Shown: piece after piece, positions 10,380 to 21,728 of the stretch
How the letters are laid out: every line of letters begins with the position of its first letter
Numbering within the stretch: the stretch's first letter is position 1
Source: Sphaeroforma arctica JP610
Lineage: Eukaryota
Direction of reading: 5' to 3'
NCBI RefSeq assembly: GCF_001186125.1
Contig: NW_014040526.1
Location: 64,687-102,684 of the forward strand
Length of the DNA: 37,998 bases
Program-made: the position numbers and the translations under genes
The notes under the pieces: generated by a model
The model's input: the letters and a program-made list of their open reading frames with translations, nothing else
Told to the model about the DNA's origin: nothing
The model's database searches: none

Positions 10380-13000
10380 AAGACGAGCATGCATGCATTT
10401 ATAATGACACGGGAGCTATACCAGCAATGATCCATTAAGAATATGCACGAGAATATGGGATAGAAATTACAGATACAACACCAATGTACCTTCAGGGTTT
10501 TGGTGGAACAGGAGAGTCGGTTTTAACTCAGAAAGCGACTACAACGTTATTATTGAATGTTCGAGCAGCGGATGGGATGCCGACGTTCTTTGAGACAAAA
10601 GAGATGATGTTTTTACTTTCCAGCTGGTTGTCACAAGATTGCGATATATTAGTAGGCTTCGATGCCATGCAAGACAACTTATTGGGGACGAGTTGGGACA
10701 AATCCACAGAACCACCGACATTTACCTTGCAATTGCCTAGGTCACAGGGTGTAGCTTTCCTAATTCCGAAACAGGAGTAATCTTGGTCGGAAATATATAT
10801 TCCTAAGAAGCCAGACTTGGATGGAAAACTACCGGATGAGTACGATTTCACACACTTGCGTAGGGTGGGGGATCTGCTCAAGAAAACAGAAGAGGAAATG
10901 TTAGAATTGAAGGGCAAGTTCCTCACTGCGAGATACGACCCACGACAGACCAAATTCATCAAAGGAGTCGCAGCCAAGCTACAGCCACAGGAGGGAGCAA
11001 AGCCGTCAAGGTCCATCTACTTCACGAAAGACCCATTGTTGAAGGACATCGAAATACAGAAAGTAGCACAATTATACCGATAAGGGAAGGCCGAGCCAAG
11101 CAACAGATACAGCAGATGGGTCAGTTCGGTAAAGACCGTAAGGAAGGATCCGAGAGTGGTGCCAAAGGATTTGAAGGATTATAGAATAACAATAAACTAC
11201 ATCCAGGTAAACAAACAGATGGTTAGAGTTGCGTATCAATTACCTTTGGAAGACGACATGGGTGAGCATGGCACAAATGCTCTCAATACGACAGTAGCAG
11301 ATTTAGCGGCGTCATATCATCAGTTAGAGCTGAATCAGGAGTCCAGAGACTATTTGACGTACGTTACCTCTGATGGGAAGTTTCATCGAACGACGTGCCT
11401 GCAGGAAGGCATCGAGAAGAGCGCGTTTGACATGCAGCACTTTGCAGAACCCATTTTCGCTGATGTCAATGACCACAAGCCATATATAGACGACAACAAG
11501 ATAGCGACACATAGAAGGCACTCAGAATCAGTAATAGAGGCGTTGGAACGACATTGGCAGCAAACAATACAGTTTGTAGACATATGCATAGAATACAATA
11601 TACAGTTGCAACCAAAGAAAACACAAATAATGCATCTTGCAGATATACCCACCGTATTTTACGGCAGGGAGACAATTGGGAACGCGACGATGATTATGAA
11701 GGAGCGGGCGCAGGCATTATTTGACAGGTCGGCGCCTAAGAATAGACGAGAGTTAATTTCTTTGTTAGCTGTAATGTCGTGGTTGTCAAAGTATATACCT
11801 AACTACGCAGCGATAGCAGTGCCTATGTCGGACCTAACAAAAAAGGGTACATTGTTTGGATGGAGAGCGCCACAGCAACAGGCTCTCACACACTTGCTAA
11901 CATTAATTATGAAACGGATCAAGTTGTATGAGCCCCTACCTCACCAGCGCCTATGTCGGACCTAACAAAAAAGGGTACAATGTTTGGATGGAGAGCGCCA
12001 CAGCAACAGGCTCTCACACACTTGCTAACATTAATTATGAACCGGATCAAGTTGTATGAGCCCCTACCTCACCAGCGGTTAGTCATCATACCGGACGCAT
12101 GCAACGTAGAAGTCGGAGCAGCGGTGTTTGTGCAGATACCACCACCGGGCACGTTGGAATACGATGAGGAACAAAGGTGCATTGAAGAATGTAAACGATA
12201 TAGAGAAGTGTTAGGTCTGCCACCCATCAGGTTGCATCCGCAAACACCTAAGTTAGTCATATCCGAAGTTGAATAATCTATCTATAGCATATCGGATAGA
12301 GCGGAGGTAGTTTACAATCCGATCGACGATTTGAGGTCAGTGCCGGAGTTCACGCCATTCGTGCCTAGGAATGCGGCTACCGATATACATAGTGAAGACA
12401 CAGAAGACCACCTAGGTCGCACTCAGGAGGATATGGTACAACAGAACACACCAACTCAGAGGGGCACACTTGAGCACCTGTCGCGCACTCAGAGTGGCAC
12501 ACTTGAGAACCGATATACAACTCAGAGTGTCACACTTGAGAATGATGTAGGGTCACAAACGAAGCAGAGTGGTGCACTTGCAGAGGATTCAGGGCTACAG
12601 TTGACAGCAGACTTTACCCAGGGTGACGATGGATAGCCCTAGAGACTTAGGCATTTCGATAGGACGACATCGGTTCTTGTACCCAGTGGCTTTTTACTAC
12701 AGTAAGCTCAATACAGCTCAGCTCAATTATGGAGCCACTGACCGCGAAATGGTAGGTTGCACATACGCTTCTAGGAAAACTTTTGTTCTTTGTCGCAGAT
12801 CAGTACGTCCAGTATTTTTAGTCACCGACCATAAACCGTTGGTTAACATCTTGGCCAATCCAGAACCCTATCTCCAGACGGAGAGGTTTAAAAACAGCAG
12901 AATTATACGTGCGTTAAACACCATCAATGAGGTCGTGATGGATGTTCAATATGTAGAAGGCCCACTTACAGTTTTTGGAGACTATTTTTCGCGCTCTACA
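10380..13000 (+). pseudogene. Element 2 pol: protease, RT, RNase H (with large insertion)
   Basis: IYNDTGAIPAMI, DILVGFDAM, DYRITINYIQVN, DLAASYHQ, KPYIDD, LVIIPDACNVEVGAAVF, PVAFYYSKLNTAQLNYGATDREM, LVTDHKPL. Contains stops and frameshifts. Confidence 0.9.
11821..12077 (+). repeat. 128-bp tandem duplication in the RT connection region (frameshifting)
   Basis: 11821-11948 is repeated at 11949-12077 (MSDLTKKGT.FGWRAPQQQALTHLLTLIM.RIKLYEPLPHQR twice). Confidence 0.95.
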
Positions 13001-13197
13001 AACCATAGGATCAGCTTTTGCGACCTACAAGGAAACAGGTGGAGTTTGGACAAGAGGAAATCGGTAACAAGGCCAACAAACAGTCGGCATGTGCGTTGAC
13101 GTTCACACCGCTGGAACGACGAGTGACGTGGAGTCATGATAGAGCAGATAACACTCAGCATACCAGGGAAGGGTACAGGACTAGCATCACAAAGTAT

Positions 13198-13626
13198 GCA
13201 CACCCGGGTAGTTACACGTTTAACCCTTTGTGGGTAGCACTTATTGACCAACTTTTGGGTCCGTTGGACATCGAATTGTTCGCAAGCCACGAAGACGATG
13301 TATTAGACATGTATTGTACGAAGGATGGGTCCGGACCAGCGGGATGCTAAGCTTTTGAAGTGGATTTGGTGAATATCAGAGCGTATATGAACTCACCGTG
13401 GAAGTTAATTGCAGCATTTTTACATTCTTTCAAGCATATCAAGGACACTTACGTGGTTGCGGTAGTACCGTTTTGGCCGACAGCTGAGTGGTTTTCACTG
13501 TTGAATAGCCTCACTCAGGGCACGCCATGGATAGTGCCGCACACGGAGGATACATTCCTGCATAGGGGACAACGTATTCTGGGGTTACCACCATGGCAAT
13601 ATTATTTGGTAGTGGTGTTGCAGGGT
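13198..13626 (+). pseudogene. Dam-like (DIRS MT-type) methyltransferase domain in element 2 pol
   Basis: YTFNPLWVALIDQLLGPLDIELFASHEDDVL...*AFEVDLVNIRAYMNSPWKLIAAFL...VVAVVPFWPTAEWFSLL...DTFLHRG...PPW. NSPW (13390-13401) is one base from NPPW. It is in the same frame as the downstream integrase. Confidence 0.83.
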
Positions 13627-14619
13627 GGTCGACCACGGCCACCGCCGCTACCGCAGAGTTTCTGGGCGAGATTGGGGTTGAGCAGAGCACCCCCCTCGTT
13701 ACATGTTTTGGGGTACTCGTTAGTACCATATTGCACAGGCATCACGGGGCCGTCCAGCACGACACCGCGGATCCCGGTTACCAGCACACAGGACAAATCA
13801 TGGAAGTGGTTGGGGGCGAAGAAGGCACCATCGCTAAGTGACACGGTGCAATCACCCCGACAATGTAAATCTGGGACAGGCAAGGCCATGCAGTCGCCAT
13901 TGTACAGCAGGGAAGACAACACTGAGAAACAATTGGCATGTCAGTTGGTACATCAGGATGGCTTAGCAAGATCTGATGGTCAGCAAATGGTCGTGTACAC
14001 ACCTCCGAGCTTGGAAGTAGCAAAGAATATGAGAGAATCAGACGATGAATCGCCACCCCGATTTGCACAGTCGTGGATGGCAGCTGACAACGCATTGCAA
14101 CAATAGGCAGACGACGTCCAAGGGATGACGACGGGGGCGAACCAGGAGGGCAGCTATAGAGAAATGGCTAATACAATGGAACTACCGCGGACGCCGTTGA
14201 AGAAGTCGGTCGATCAGCTGTTAGACAAAGCGTTGGAGGCGTACGAGTTGAAATTGTCAGGCCTTGACCCTTTCTTCGAGCTGCCACGTTTTGACGCGGA
14301 CTGTCAAGGGGTGCCGGCGGGCACAGGGGAGAAGGTCGCGGCATTTCAACACTCATTAGAATAGTTTGACACCATCCACACGGAGGACATCCAGCCTAAG
14401 TCTTGGCCGAGATCCAAACAGGCGGTTCCAGAAGTGTGGTATACCGGTTCAGACGATGTTACTACTGATGCTCCAATACACAACAGGAAGCGAGCACGAC
14501 ATACACCGTTAAAATTACTTCCGACTACGGAAACATCTTTGTTGAATCGTTTGAAGAAGTTACAACTTACATGTGTGGGACAGGAAGTTCCCCCGACAGC
14601 GACAATGGCAGCTTTATGG

Positions 14620-15625
14620 TTGTGGCATGAGGGGTACTCGCATGTGCAAACAGATCGCTTGCGAGCGATTGCACAAGACAAATGCGGATGGAATATCCCC
14701 GCCGAGGTGCTCAAACCGCTGACAGACAGTTGCACCGATTGCATTCGGGAAGGTCTCCCGACGGGCCCTACGAGGGGATTGTTACAACAACCACCAAGAC
14801 CTATGCGCATATGTGAGGAGATAAACTTGGACTACTTAGTACTAGATGAGGATACCGAGGGCTATAAGTACGTACTAGCGGCGCAAGATGGGTTCACTTT
14901 ACGAGCGTTTCGAGCAGCAATGAAAGATGATGAGCATTCAGCGACGGAATTAATTCGGTTTTGTCAGACGCAACTGGAGCCCAGAGGGCATATTTCTGAA
15001 TATGTAAAGGATCAGGATAGCCTGTTCATAAGCCAGGAGTTTACGGACTACGCCGCGAGCAAAGGTTCGTCGATCAGATACGTGTCCAAGGGCGAACACG
15101 GAGGCAATGGGAGAATAGAGGTTTTTTTTGCGAACTACTAAGAGGTGGTTGAAGCGCTCGTTGGGCGTTGGATTAATGCATGAATGGCGCCATGCTATAC
15201 CATCATTTTTCAGTAATTATAATGCAACCACTTCACGAGTCATTGGAACATCTCTATATGAACTCGAGACCGGAACAATCTACAAACACGAAACAGATGG
15301 GACGATTGAACGGTTGTTAGATGAGGCACTCGGGTTTGACATTCCTACTGTGACGTTAGCAGGGGAATAACAGGAAAGATTTAAGAAAGCACAGCGATTC
15401 CGCGAGAAAGCGCAACACTCACAGAAGCAGTCAGCCGATCTCGCACGCTTGGACGTCCCCATGTTAGCAATTGGGCGACTGTGTATGTACTTACCGATAA
15501 AGATTGGCATGGACCCGCGGAAATCATAGCACACAAGCCGCTGATCATCCATTACAATAAGGATGTGGCTACACAGAAGGAATACGGGGTGTATTTAAAA
15601 AATATCAAAGCACATATTCCACTGA
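14620..15625 (+). pseudogene. Element 2 DDE integrase
   Basis: HEGYSH...CTDC zinc finger, INLDY, KDQDSLF followed 35 residues later by E (GNGRIE), YNATTSRVIGTSLYEL, and a WHGPAEII GPY-like motif. Frameshifted. Confidence 0.88.
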
Positions 15626-15886
15626 TTGGACGACAAAAGGCACGACCACGAGGCTCGTTCATGCGATCAGCGTATGCCAGTTGGCTATTTCACGACTCCC
15701 CTTTTGCAGATGCACCCCACGAGTGGAAACAGGAAATCGTTGCAGCCATCCGAACAATGCCGACAGCGATTCAATTCATGTACCGCCGTAACTGCCATTT
15801 TGGGGTTTTCAAAAAGCTGGCAAGCAAGCATGGACACAAGACGGCGGATATATTCCGATTGTAAAGGAGGGCCAGCCACCCGCAAG

Positions 15887-16285
15887 TATGACGCGAGACA
15901 AATTCCTTGCCGGAGGCCAGACTACGGGTAATAAGGTTACGCAGCCGGTAATTGCGAAGCAGCTCGAGGTGACACATGATATTATTCAGGGCAGAAAGCC
16001 ATCTGATTATGCGAGTATTGTGCGAGACAAGCTTTTAGTCGGCGATTAGACTACAAGTGAAGACCATACAACACCGAAAGCTAGCCCGTATCGAGCCAAG
16101 AATAGGCAGCTCGAGTTGACACATGGCGATTAGATTACAAGTGGAGACCATACAACACCGAAAGCTAGCCCGTATCGAGCCAAGAATAGGCAGCTCGAGT
16201 TGACACATGAGACTATTCAGGGCAGCCAACCACTTGATATTGCCAGTTTGACGCGAGACAAGCTGCTTGCCGGAGGACAGATGCC
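15887..16285 (+). repeat. Internal repeats in the 3' region of element 2, including an 84-bp tandem duplication
   Basis: 16041-16124 is repeated at 16125-16208. 15959-16033 resembles 16190-16264. Confidence 0.85.
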
Positions 16286-16547
16286 GGGTGGAGATCACAC
16301 GGAGCGGGCCAAGAAGCGCAGGGTGTTGTTTTCGTCGTCGACGCCGAGAGCCAGCCCGTACGCCTCGAGATGGACTCGGGCGTCGTCGTGTCCGCCGCTC
16401 TAGAGGGCTGGATGAAGGGTAAAGGGAGGATGGATTATAATGATTAGAAATATTAGATATTTAGGAAGAGATGACCAAGGACTCTGTCGTGCTGGAATGG
16501 ACTGGCTATACCGACAGGTGCTTGTACTGGAGGGGCGGTATCTCTTC

Positions 16548-16559
16548 GGGGGGTGGGGG
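16548..16559 (+). other. Polypurine tract of element 2
   Basis: GGGGGGTGGGGG followed by TG; same core as the element 1 PPT. Confidence 0.65.
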
Positions 16560-18669
16560 TGCATGAAAATAAACAATAAAGATACAAATACAGTGGACAG
16601 CACACGCACTCTCAGTTTTGCGAAATACCAACATATAAACAGCAAATTGATATTGACGAGCTTGTTGAGACACAAATGCAGGCAACAGCAGTGCAGCTTC
16701 GAGCGTGCAAGCGCAGGCTGTACTTTTAAAAAGCGGTTTAAGAACTTACTATGACGATGCTATTCTAGCTGCTGGTCAACGGTCTGCTAAATAGTAGAGG
16801 TAACTACATGCAGAATAACAATCCGGTTGTAACAAAATCTCTCGAATTTTCAACCGTATATTTCACCAGCTATTAGTACACATCATGCGAAAGAAGGATG
16901 ACTGTGGCCATTTGTTCTCAGTTAAGGACTCAGCAATACCTAGTGGAATACACAAAGCGCATGTGTGAAAGTATGGGCAGGCTTTGTATAGTTTTTCTCC
17001 CGACTGAAGTATACTATCACACCATGCACGTTGTCATCCCCAATATACACACATTTCTCCTGTCGTTAGTATTGAAGCCGGAAGGGCAACAAGCTACATT
17101 ACACCGTCCCTTTCCCCCGCCCCGACTCCTTGCTGAGCAAACAATATATCTCTCTCTACTATCAGTATGCAATAAGCCACATTGCAGCATGAGTATGACT
17201 GCCACATTCAAACATCACATACACTCCCACAGGCATTGACATCTCGGATGGGTGTGTAGCACTTCTCTTCAAACCCTGCAGCGGACAATGAATCGATGCC
17301 AATCAAAGGGTAGAGATATAGGGTAGACGGAATATCATATCGCGTGCAGCAACAAGCAGGTCGAACAGGAAATGTATATGCTAAAAGTACAAAAGTGTTT
17401 TAGCACGACGTGTCGGCGGCACCCAGAACACATGTAGATAGTACTACGGATAACACAAAACTATGCAATTCACTGAAAAAATTCTCCCCACACGGACCAG
17501 GTTTTGACAGAAAGGAATACACGGGTGTTGGGCAAAATATTAAGTCAGATTGCGCTAACCTGCCCAAGATACCGCTGGGTCATCAGGAATACAGGGAACT
17601 GTATGTTCCCATCCAGAACTTTCCTGTGAGGAATAAGCATACTGCATACATGCCGTCGTGTCAGTGTGCATATAGAACTCGCCCCGAAGTGAACAAAGGC
17701 AGGTATGGCAGCGTGTCTAACTCAACTACAACAAGGCATTTATTCGAAAACAGTACACAAGATGATGTAGTATTTAGCTTTGCCTGCCAATTAACAGTTG
17801 AATATTGCTAAGCAGACACTTAAGCAGGTGATAGACCATACCATTTGATGGGCAGCACGGGCGGATGGGTCTCCCTCAATTTGAATAATTGGATATCTGG
17901 GCAATCGTTCACGGTGGTTCTATATCTAGAGTTAGTTCAGAGTGGCGTACGAATACGCATAAGCAGAAATCCAAAAGAATATGGCGGAGTTTCTATATAA
18001 TATAACAGACAAATTGCTTTGGTGAAAGGTTGACGGCGTAGAAGACCCCTTCACTGTCACTGACTACCAAGTGATTGGTTTATGATCTCTTGGAATCGTG
18101 TGCTGCACTATTGAATATAGCAGCTATGGATGTTACGTAAAAGATGTGTGAATATATGCCGACAGTGTAGCAAGACGACCTCGCAGCAGGCCACTGTTGG
18201 TCTGTGCACGTTCGTATCGCTAATTGCCCTAGGAAGCAAGTGTAGGCAACTACGTACCCTGCAAAATATGTGTATGTAACTACTAACCCTGCCAAGTATG
18301 CATCATATCCATAATAGACTCGCACATTCGGAGTAAATACAATTAGCGCAGAAAGCAGACTCATGAGTAGGGACACTGTGCCCAAGCAGAGAATAGCATC
18401 CCTACATGGCGCTAAGAAAGCACCGCGTGTCCATACCTTGACTTGGACTTATGGTATGTATATTACCGCCCACGATTACATTACGGTCTAATACCCAGAC
18501 TTGAACGCTTTGGCCACGGTCATGTGCGCATGGAAGGCAGCAACATGGACAATCTTGTTATGCTTTGGATTCAGCCCCGAATGGGCAAAGGACGTACCAT
18601 CCCATGCAAAGAAGTTCGCAACAAAACCTTTCGGTTCCATGGGCAAACGAGGATGTACAATCTGAAAAA

Positions 18670-19229
18670 CGAATCGCAAGCATATCTACTTAATACTACT
18701 ATTCAATGAGCAGCACACCTGTGCAAAAATACCGCAAGCATACCTACTTAAAACTACTATTCAATGAGAATCGCATCTGTGCAAAAGGATTGCAAGCACA
18801 CCTACTTAAAACTACTATTCAATGAGAAGCACATATGTGCAAAAGGATTGCAAACACGCCTATTTAATACTACTATTCAATGAGAATCGCATCTGTGTAA
18901 AAGGATTGCAAGCACACCTACTTAAAACTACTATTCAATGAGAAGCACATATGTGCAAAAGGATTGCAAACACGCCTATTTAATACTACTATTCAATGAG
19001 AAGCACATCTATGCAAAGGGGTCGCAAGATCGGTGCTGTACGAGCTCGTACATAAAATTTCCAGGAGCTACAACTTAATGTGCCAAACATACAATACTAT
19101 TCAATGAGAAGCACATATGTGCAAAAGGATCGCAAGCATACCTAAAAATACTACTATTCAATGAGAAGCACATCTGTGCAAAGGGATCGCAAGCATACCT
19201 ACAAAGTACTACTATTAAATGAGAAGCAC
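18670..19229 (+). repeat. 58-bp satellite array 1 (~8-9 units, one interruption)
   Basis: Unit actactattcaatgagaagcacatctgtgcaaaaggatcgcaagcatacctacttaat. It is interrupted at ~19027-19096 by a fragment of the 340-bp repeat. Confidence 0.95.
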
Positions 19230-19569
19230 AAGGGCTGATGACAATCAGGCAGATCGGTGCTGTACGAGCTCGTACATAAAAGTTTCACTTCATGTGCCAA
19301 ATATACAATAGAGCGAAGCTGTTGTCATATATTTGTACAGATCTGACGATTAATTGAAGTTGGATGTTCGTTTGAAGTTGGCAAATGAAGATAGCTTGGT
19401 AATCGATATGAAGCTTGCAGACACTGCAGGCTCAATATAACAGAAGCCACTTGGCACACGCAATATGACTGATGTCTCGAGTCAGAACAGAGATTGAGGT
19501 GGCAGCAAAGACAAGAGCAACAAAGGTAGGAAAACTGACCATTTCGCTAAGGACTGTTTGTTTGATGGC
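19230..19569 (+). repeat. 340-bp direct repeat, copy 1
   Basis: aagggctgatgacaatc...ctgtttgtttgatggc is nearly identical to 21389-21728. Confidence 0.95.
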
Positions 19570-20345
19570 GGGTGCAGAAGCTATGGTAACAAATATCATA
19601 TGGCAACCCTATACAAACAGGCAGGACGGGATGGGCCGATCGGACGACGGCTGAGAAATAGAAAATAAAAACTTGGAGAGAAGAATTGCTGATCGATTGT
19701 CGTAGAATGTCGGGCATGCTGGACAATGTGATGTAAGCTTGTTACCGAAAGGTTGGGCTGGTATAAACATAAAGAAACAATATACATCCTCGATAGTATG
19801 GTATGGACGGATTGAGCTTACGCTTGGTTTTGCTGACACAGAGAGCTGGCAGACAGTCCATAGGGTCGACGCCAAGGTATTTGACGTGCCTTTACTTGGG
19901 TGGCGATGGATACAAGACTATGTATTTGAGTCGTCGCTGACAGTCAGGACAGAGCGAAGGGCACCATGTGGAGAAAAGCATGACTGTGGTGGCAATTCAA
20001 GTTCCAGGAGGTTGCGTGTGATATATGGCTACAGCTACCATGATCACAATACGACTAAAGCTCCATCAGATCGTTAATAAGGAGCACGTCGTTGAGAAGT
20101 GTTTCTGGAACGCTGATGGTCCCCACTAAGGAGCCTGTAACATTGGTGTTTGAGCAAATCTTGTGCCGTTAAATCGACAATTCAAATTTCGGCATATCCC
20201 AGTTCTCAATGAAGAGGATATAGTGCGACGTGTATCAAAAATATATAAATACTCCTCTAAGTCGGACACGGCGCGTGGCTGTTGATAGGTTGAGCTTGTA
20301 CACGAGTCCACAAAGTACATTCGCCTATATTTTTTTTTATAGGAA

Positions 20346-20555
20346 AAGCCATATCGATACCTGAAGATACCAATAGAGTTGACCGATTCAGGATTCACAT
20401 CCCAATCCCTGATGGAAGATCTTTTGCGAGACCTTCAGAAAGGGGTCTACATATACATGGATCATGTCATCTTCGGATCTGTGGCCGAGGAGGAACACGC
20501 TATCTTTTCGAAGGAAGTACTACGCAGACGAAATGAACGAAATATTAAAGTTCGT
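20346..20555 (+). pseudogene. Ty3/Gypsy RT remnant
   Basis: KPYRYLKIPIELTDSGFTSQSLMEDLLRDLQKGVYIYMDHVIFGSVAEEEHAIFSKEVLRRRNERNIKV parallels element 1 MEEMFADMPNVQVYIDDIVIFSKTNGEHAALVRRVLKRLNEQNLKI. Confidence 0.75.
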
Positions 20556-20635
20556 CTCATTCTGTGTGCATACTGTATTCTTAAGTGTATTTATTGATCT
20601 ACATTCCGTTCAATGCTTGCTACTTTGTGAAAGAT

Positions 20636-20640
20636 AAAAA
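20636..20640 (-). terminator. RNA polymerase III terminator (T5) of the tRNA gene
   Basis: TTTTT on the minus strand 6 nt after the discriminator base. Confidence 0.7.
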
Positions 20641-20646
20641 CTCTAA

Positions 20647-20720
20647 TTTCCAGAGGCGGACTTGAACCGCCGACCTGCTGCGTGTTAAGCAGCCGTCATA
20701 ACCAGCTAGACCATCCGGAA
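20647..20720 (-). tRNA. tRNA-Val (anticodon AAC)
   Basis: TTCCGGA TG GTCTAGCTGGTTATGAC G GCTGC TT AAC AC GCAGC AGGTC GGCGG TTCAAGT CCGCC TCTGGAA A. Acceptor, anticodon and T stems pair; A and B boxes are present; CCA is not encoded. Confidence 0.93.
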
Positions 20721-21215
20721 ATGGTACCTGATTCATAATATGTAATATATAGTTATTTGTAATTGTAAGTTCTATTTCATACGTATACTTGCTACACAGG
20801 GATAATCATAATTAATTCAGGGTGACTAACCTGGTGAAGTGAAGAACGATTTTCTACAATACTCTATCTCTCGTCCTTTAAAAGACCTCTTACGAGACGA
20901 CACTGTCCACGATGAGCGGAGCGATAAACGTGGAGTCGATCAAATCGAGCATGGACTGGATCAAATCGAAAACGCCATCACGGAAGACTTTGGCAATATA
21001 TCGATCATACGGCAATAGTAAGATAGAATAGAGCTAATCGGAAACGTTAATCACGTACCCCACACCAAATGCTACCGTCGAGTTGCTCGAATGAGTATAG
21101 ATGTGCATTCAAAGAGAGTACTCAAGCATCAAAACGTACAACTACGAAGCCACGCAAAGATCACGCTGTTCATAAATGTGAACATAAAGATTGGAAGTTA
21201 TCATAGTGATATTCT

Positions 21216-21330
21216 CCAAGGAAAATTCATTCTTGATTAACCGACTTAGTGTCGATGATCCAAGAAGGGTCGATTATTATTGACAGCGATGTTGATACCT
21301 TCTTTTGCACTGGTACTAGGGCGATGAATT
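21216..21330 (+). pseudogene. Remnant of the C-terminal part of the retroelement methyltransferase domain
   Basis: PRKIHS*LTDLVSMIQEGSIIIDSDVDTFFCTGTRAM aligns by eye to element 1 PLRSNDPWLNTLISMIQCEPIYLDREVDTFLYRGTRAV. Confidence 0.7.
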
Positions 21331-21388
21331 ATAGATCCTCTAATCATCCCTTTTTTACCTGTCCCGAACTGACAGACCGAGTGTCTAG

Positions 21389-21728
21389 AAGGGCTGATGA
21401 CAATCAGGCAGATCGGTGCTATACGAGCTCGTAGATAAAAGTTTCAGTTAATGTGCCAAACATACAATAGAGCGAAGCTGCTGTTATATATATGTATAGA
21501 TCTGACGATTAATTGAAGTTGGATGTTCGTTTGAAGTTGGCAAATGAAGATAGCTTGGTAATCGATATAAAGCTTGCAGACACTGCAGGCTCAATATAAC
21601 AGAAGCCACTTGGCGCACGCAATATGACTTATGTCTCGAGTCAGAACAGAGATTGAGGTGGCAGCAAAGACAAGAGCAACAAAGGTGGGAAAACTGGCCA
21701 TTTCGCTAAGGACTGTTTGTTTGACGGC
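21389..21728 (+). repeat. 340-bp direct repeat, copy 2
   Basis: Nearly identical to 19230-19569. Confidence 0.95.

Larger units (their letters stand above)
7658..16559 (+). mobile_element. Element 2: decayed Ty3/Gypsy-order retrotransposon of a different family, also carrying a Dam/DIRS-type methyltransferase domain
   Basis: gag-like region with Cys/His knuckle, protease DTGA (10406), RT (ADLAASYHQ, YIDD), RNase H (PDAC, DREM, TDHKPL, GDYFSR), MTase (IELFAS, NSPW), HHCC plus D..D-35-E integrase, and a PPT at 16548-16559. No 5' LTR is visible and the 3' LTR cannot be delimited. Confidence 0.9.

Noticed and set aside
12136..12678. Intein in RNase H
   Set aside because: No Cys/Ser start, no His-Asn end and no homing endonuclease motifs; low-complexity composition.
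558..16559. DIRS/tyrosine-recombinase classification suggested by the MT domain
   Set aside because: Both elements have an aspartic protease, HHCC/DD35E integrase and PPT, and element 1 has TG..CA-type direct LTRs. No tyrosine recombinase motifs or inverted terminal repeats were seen.
16560..16900. 3' LTR of element 2
   Set aside because: It follows a PPT and starts TG, but no second copy exists in the window to define it; it may be host DNA.
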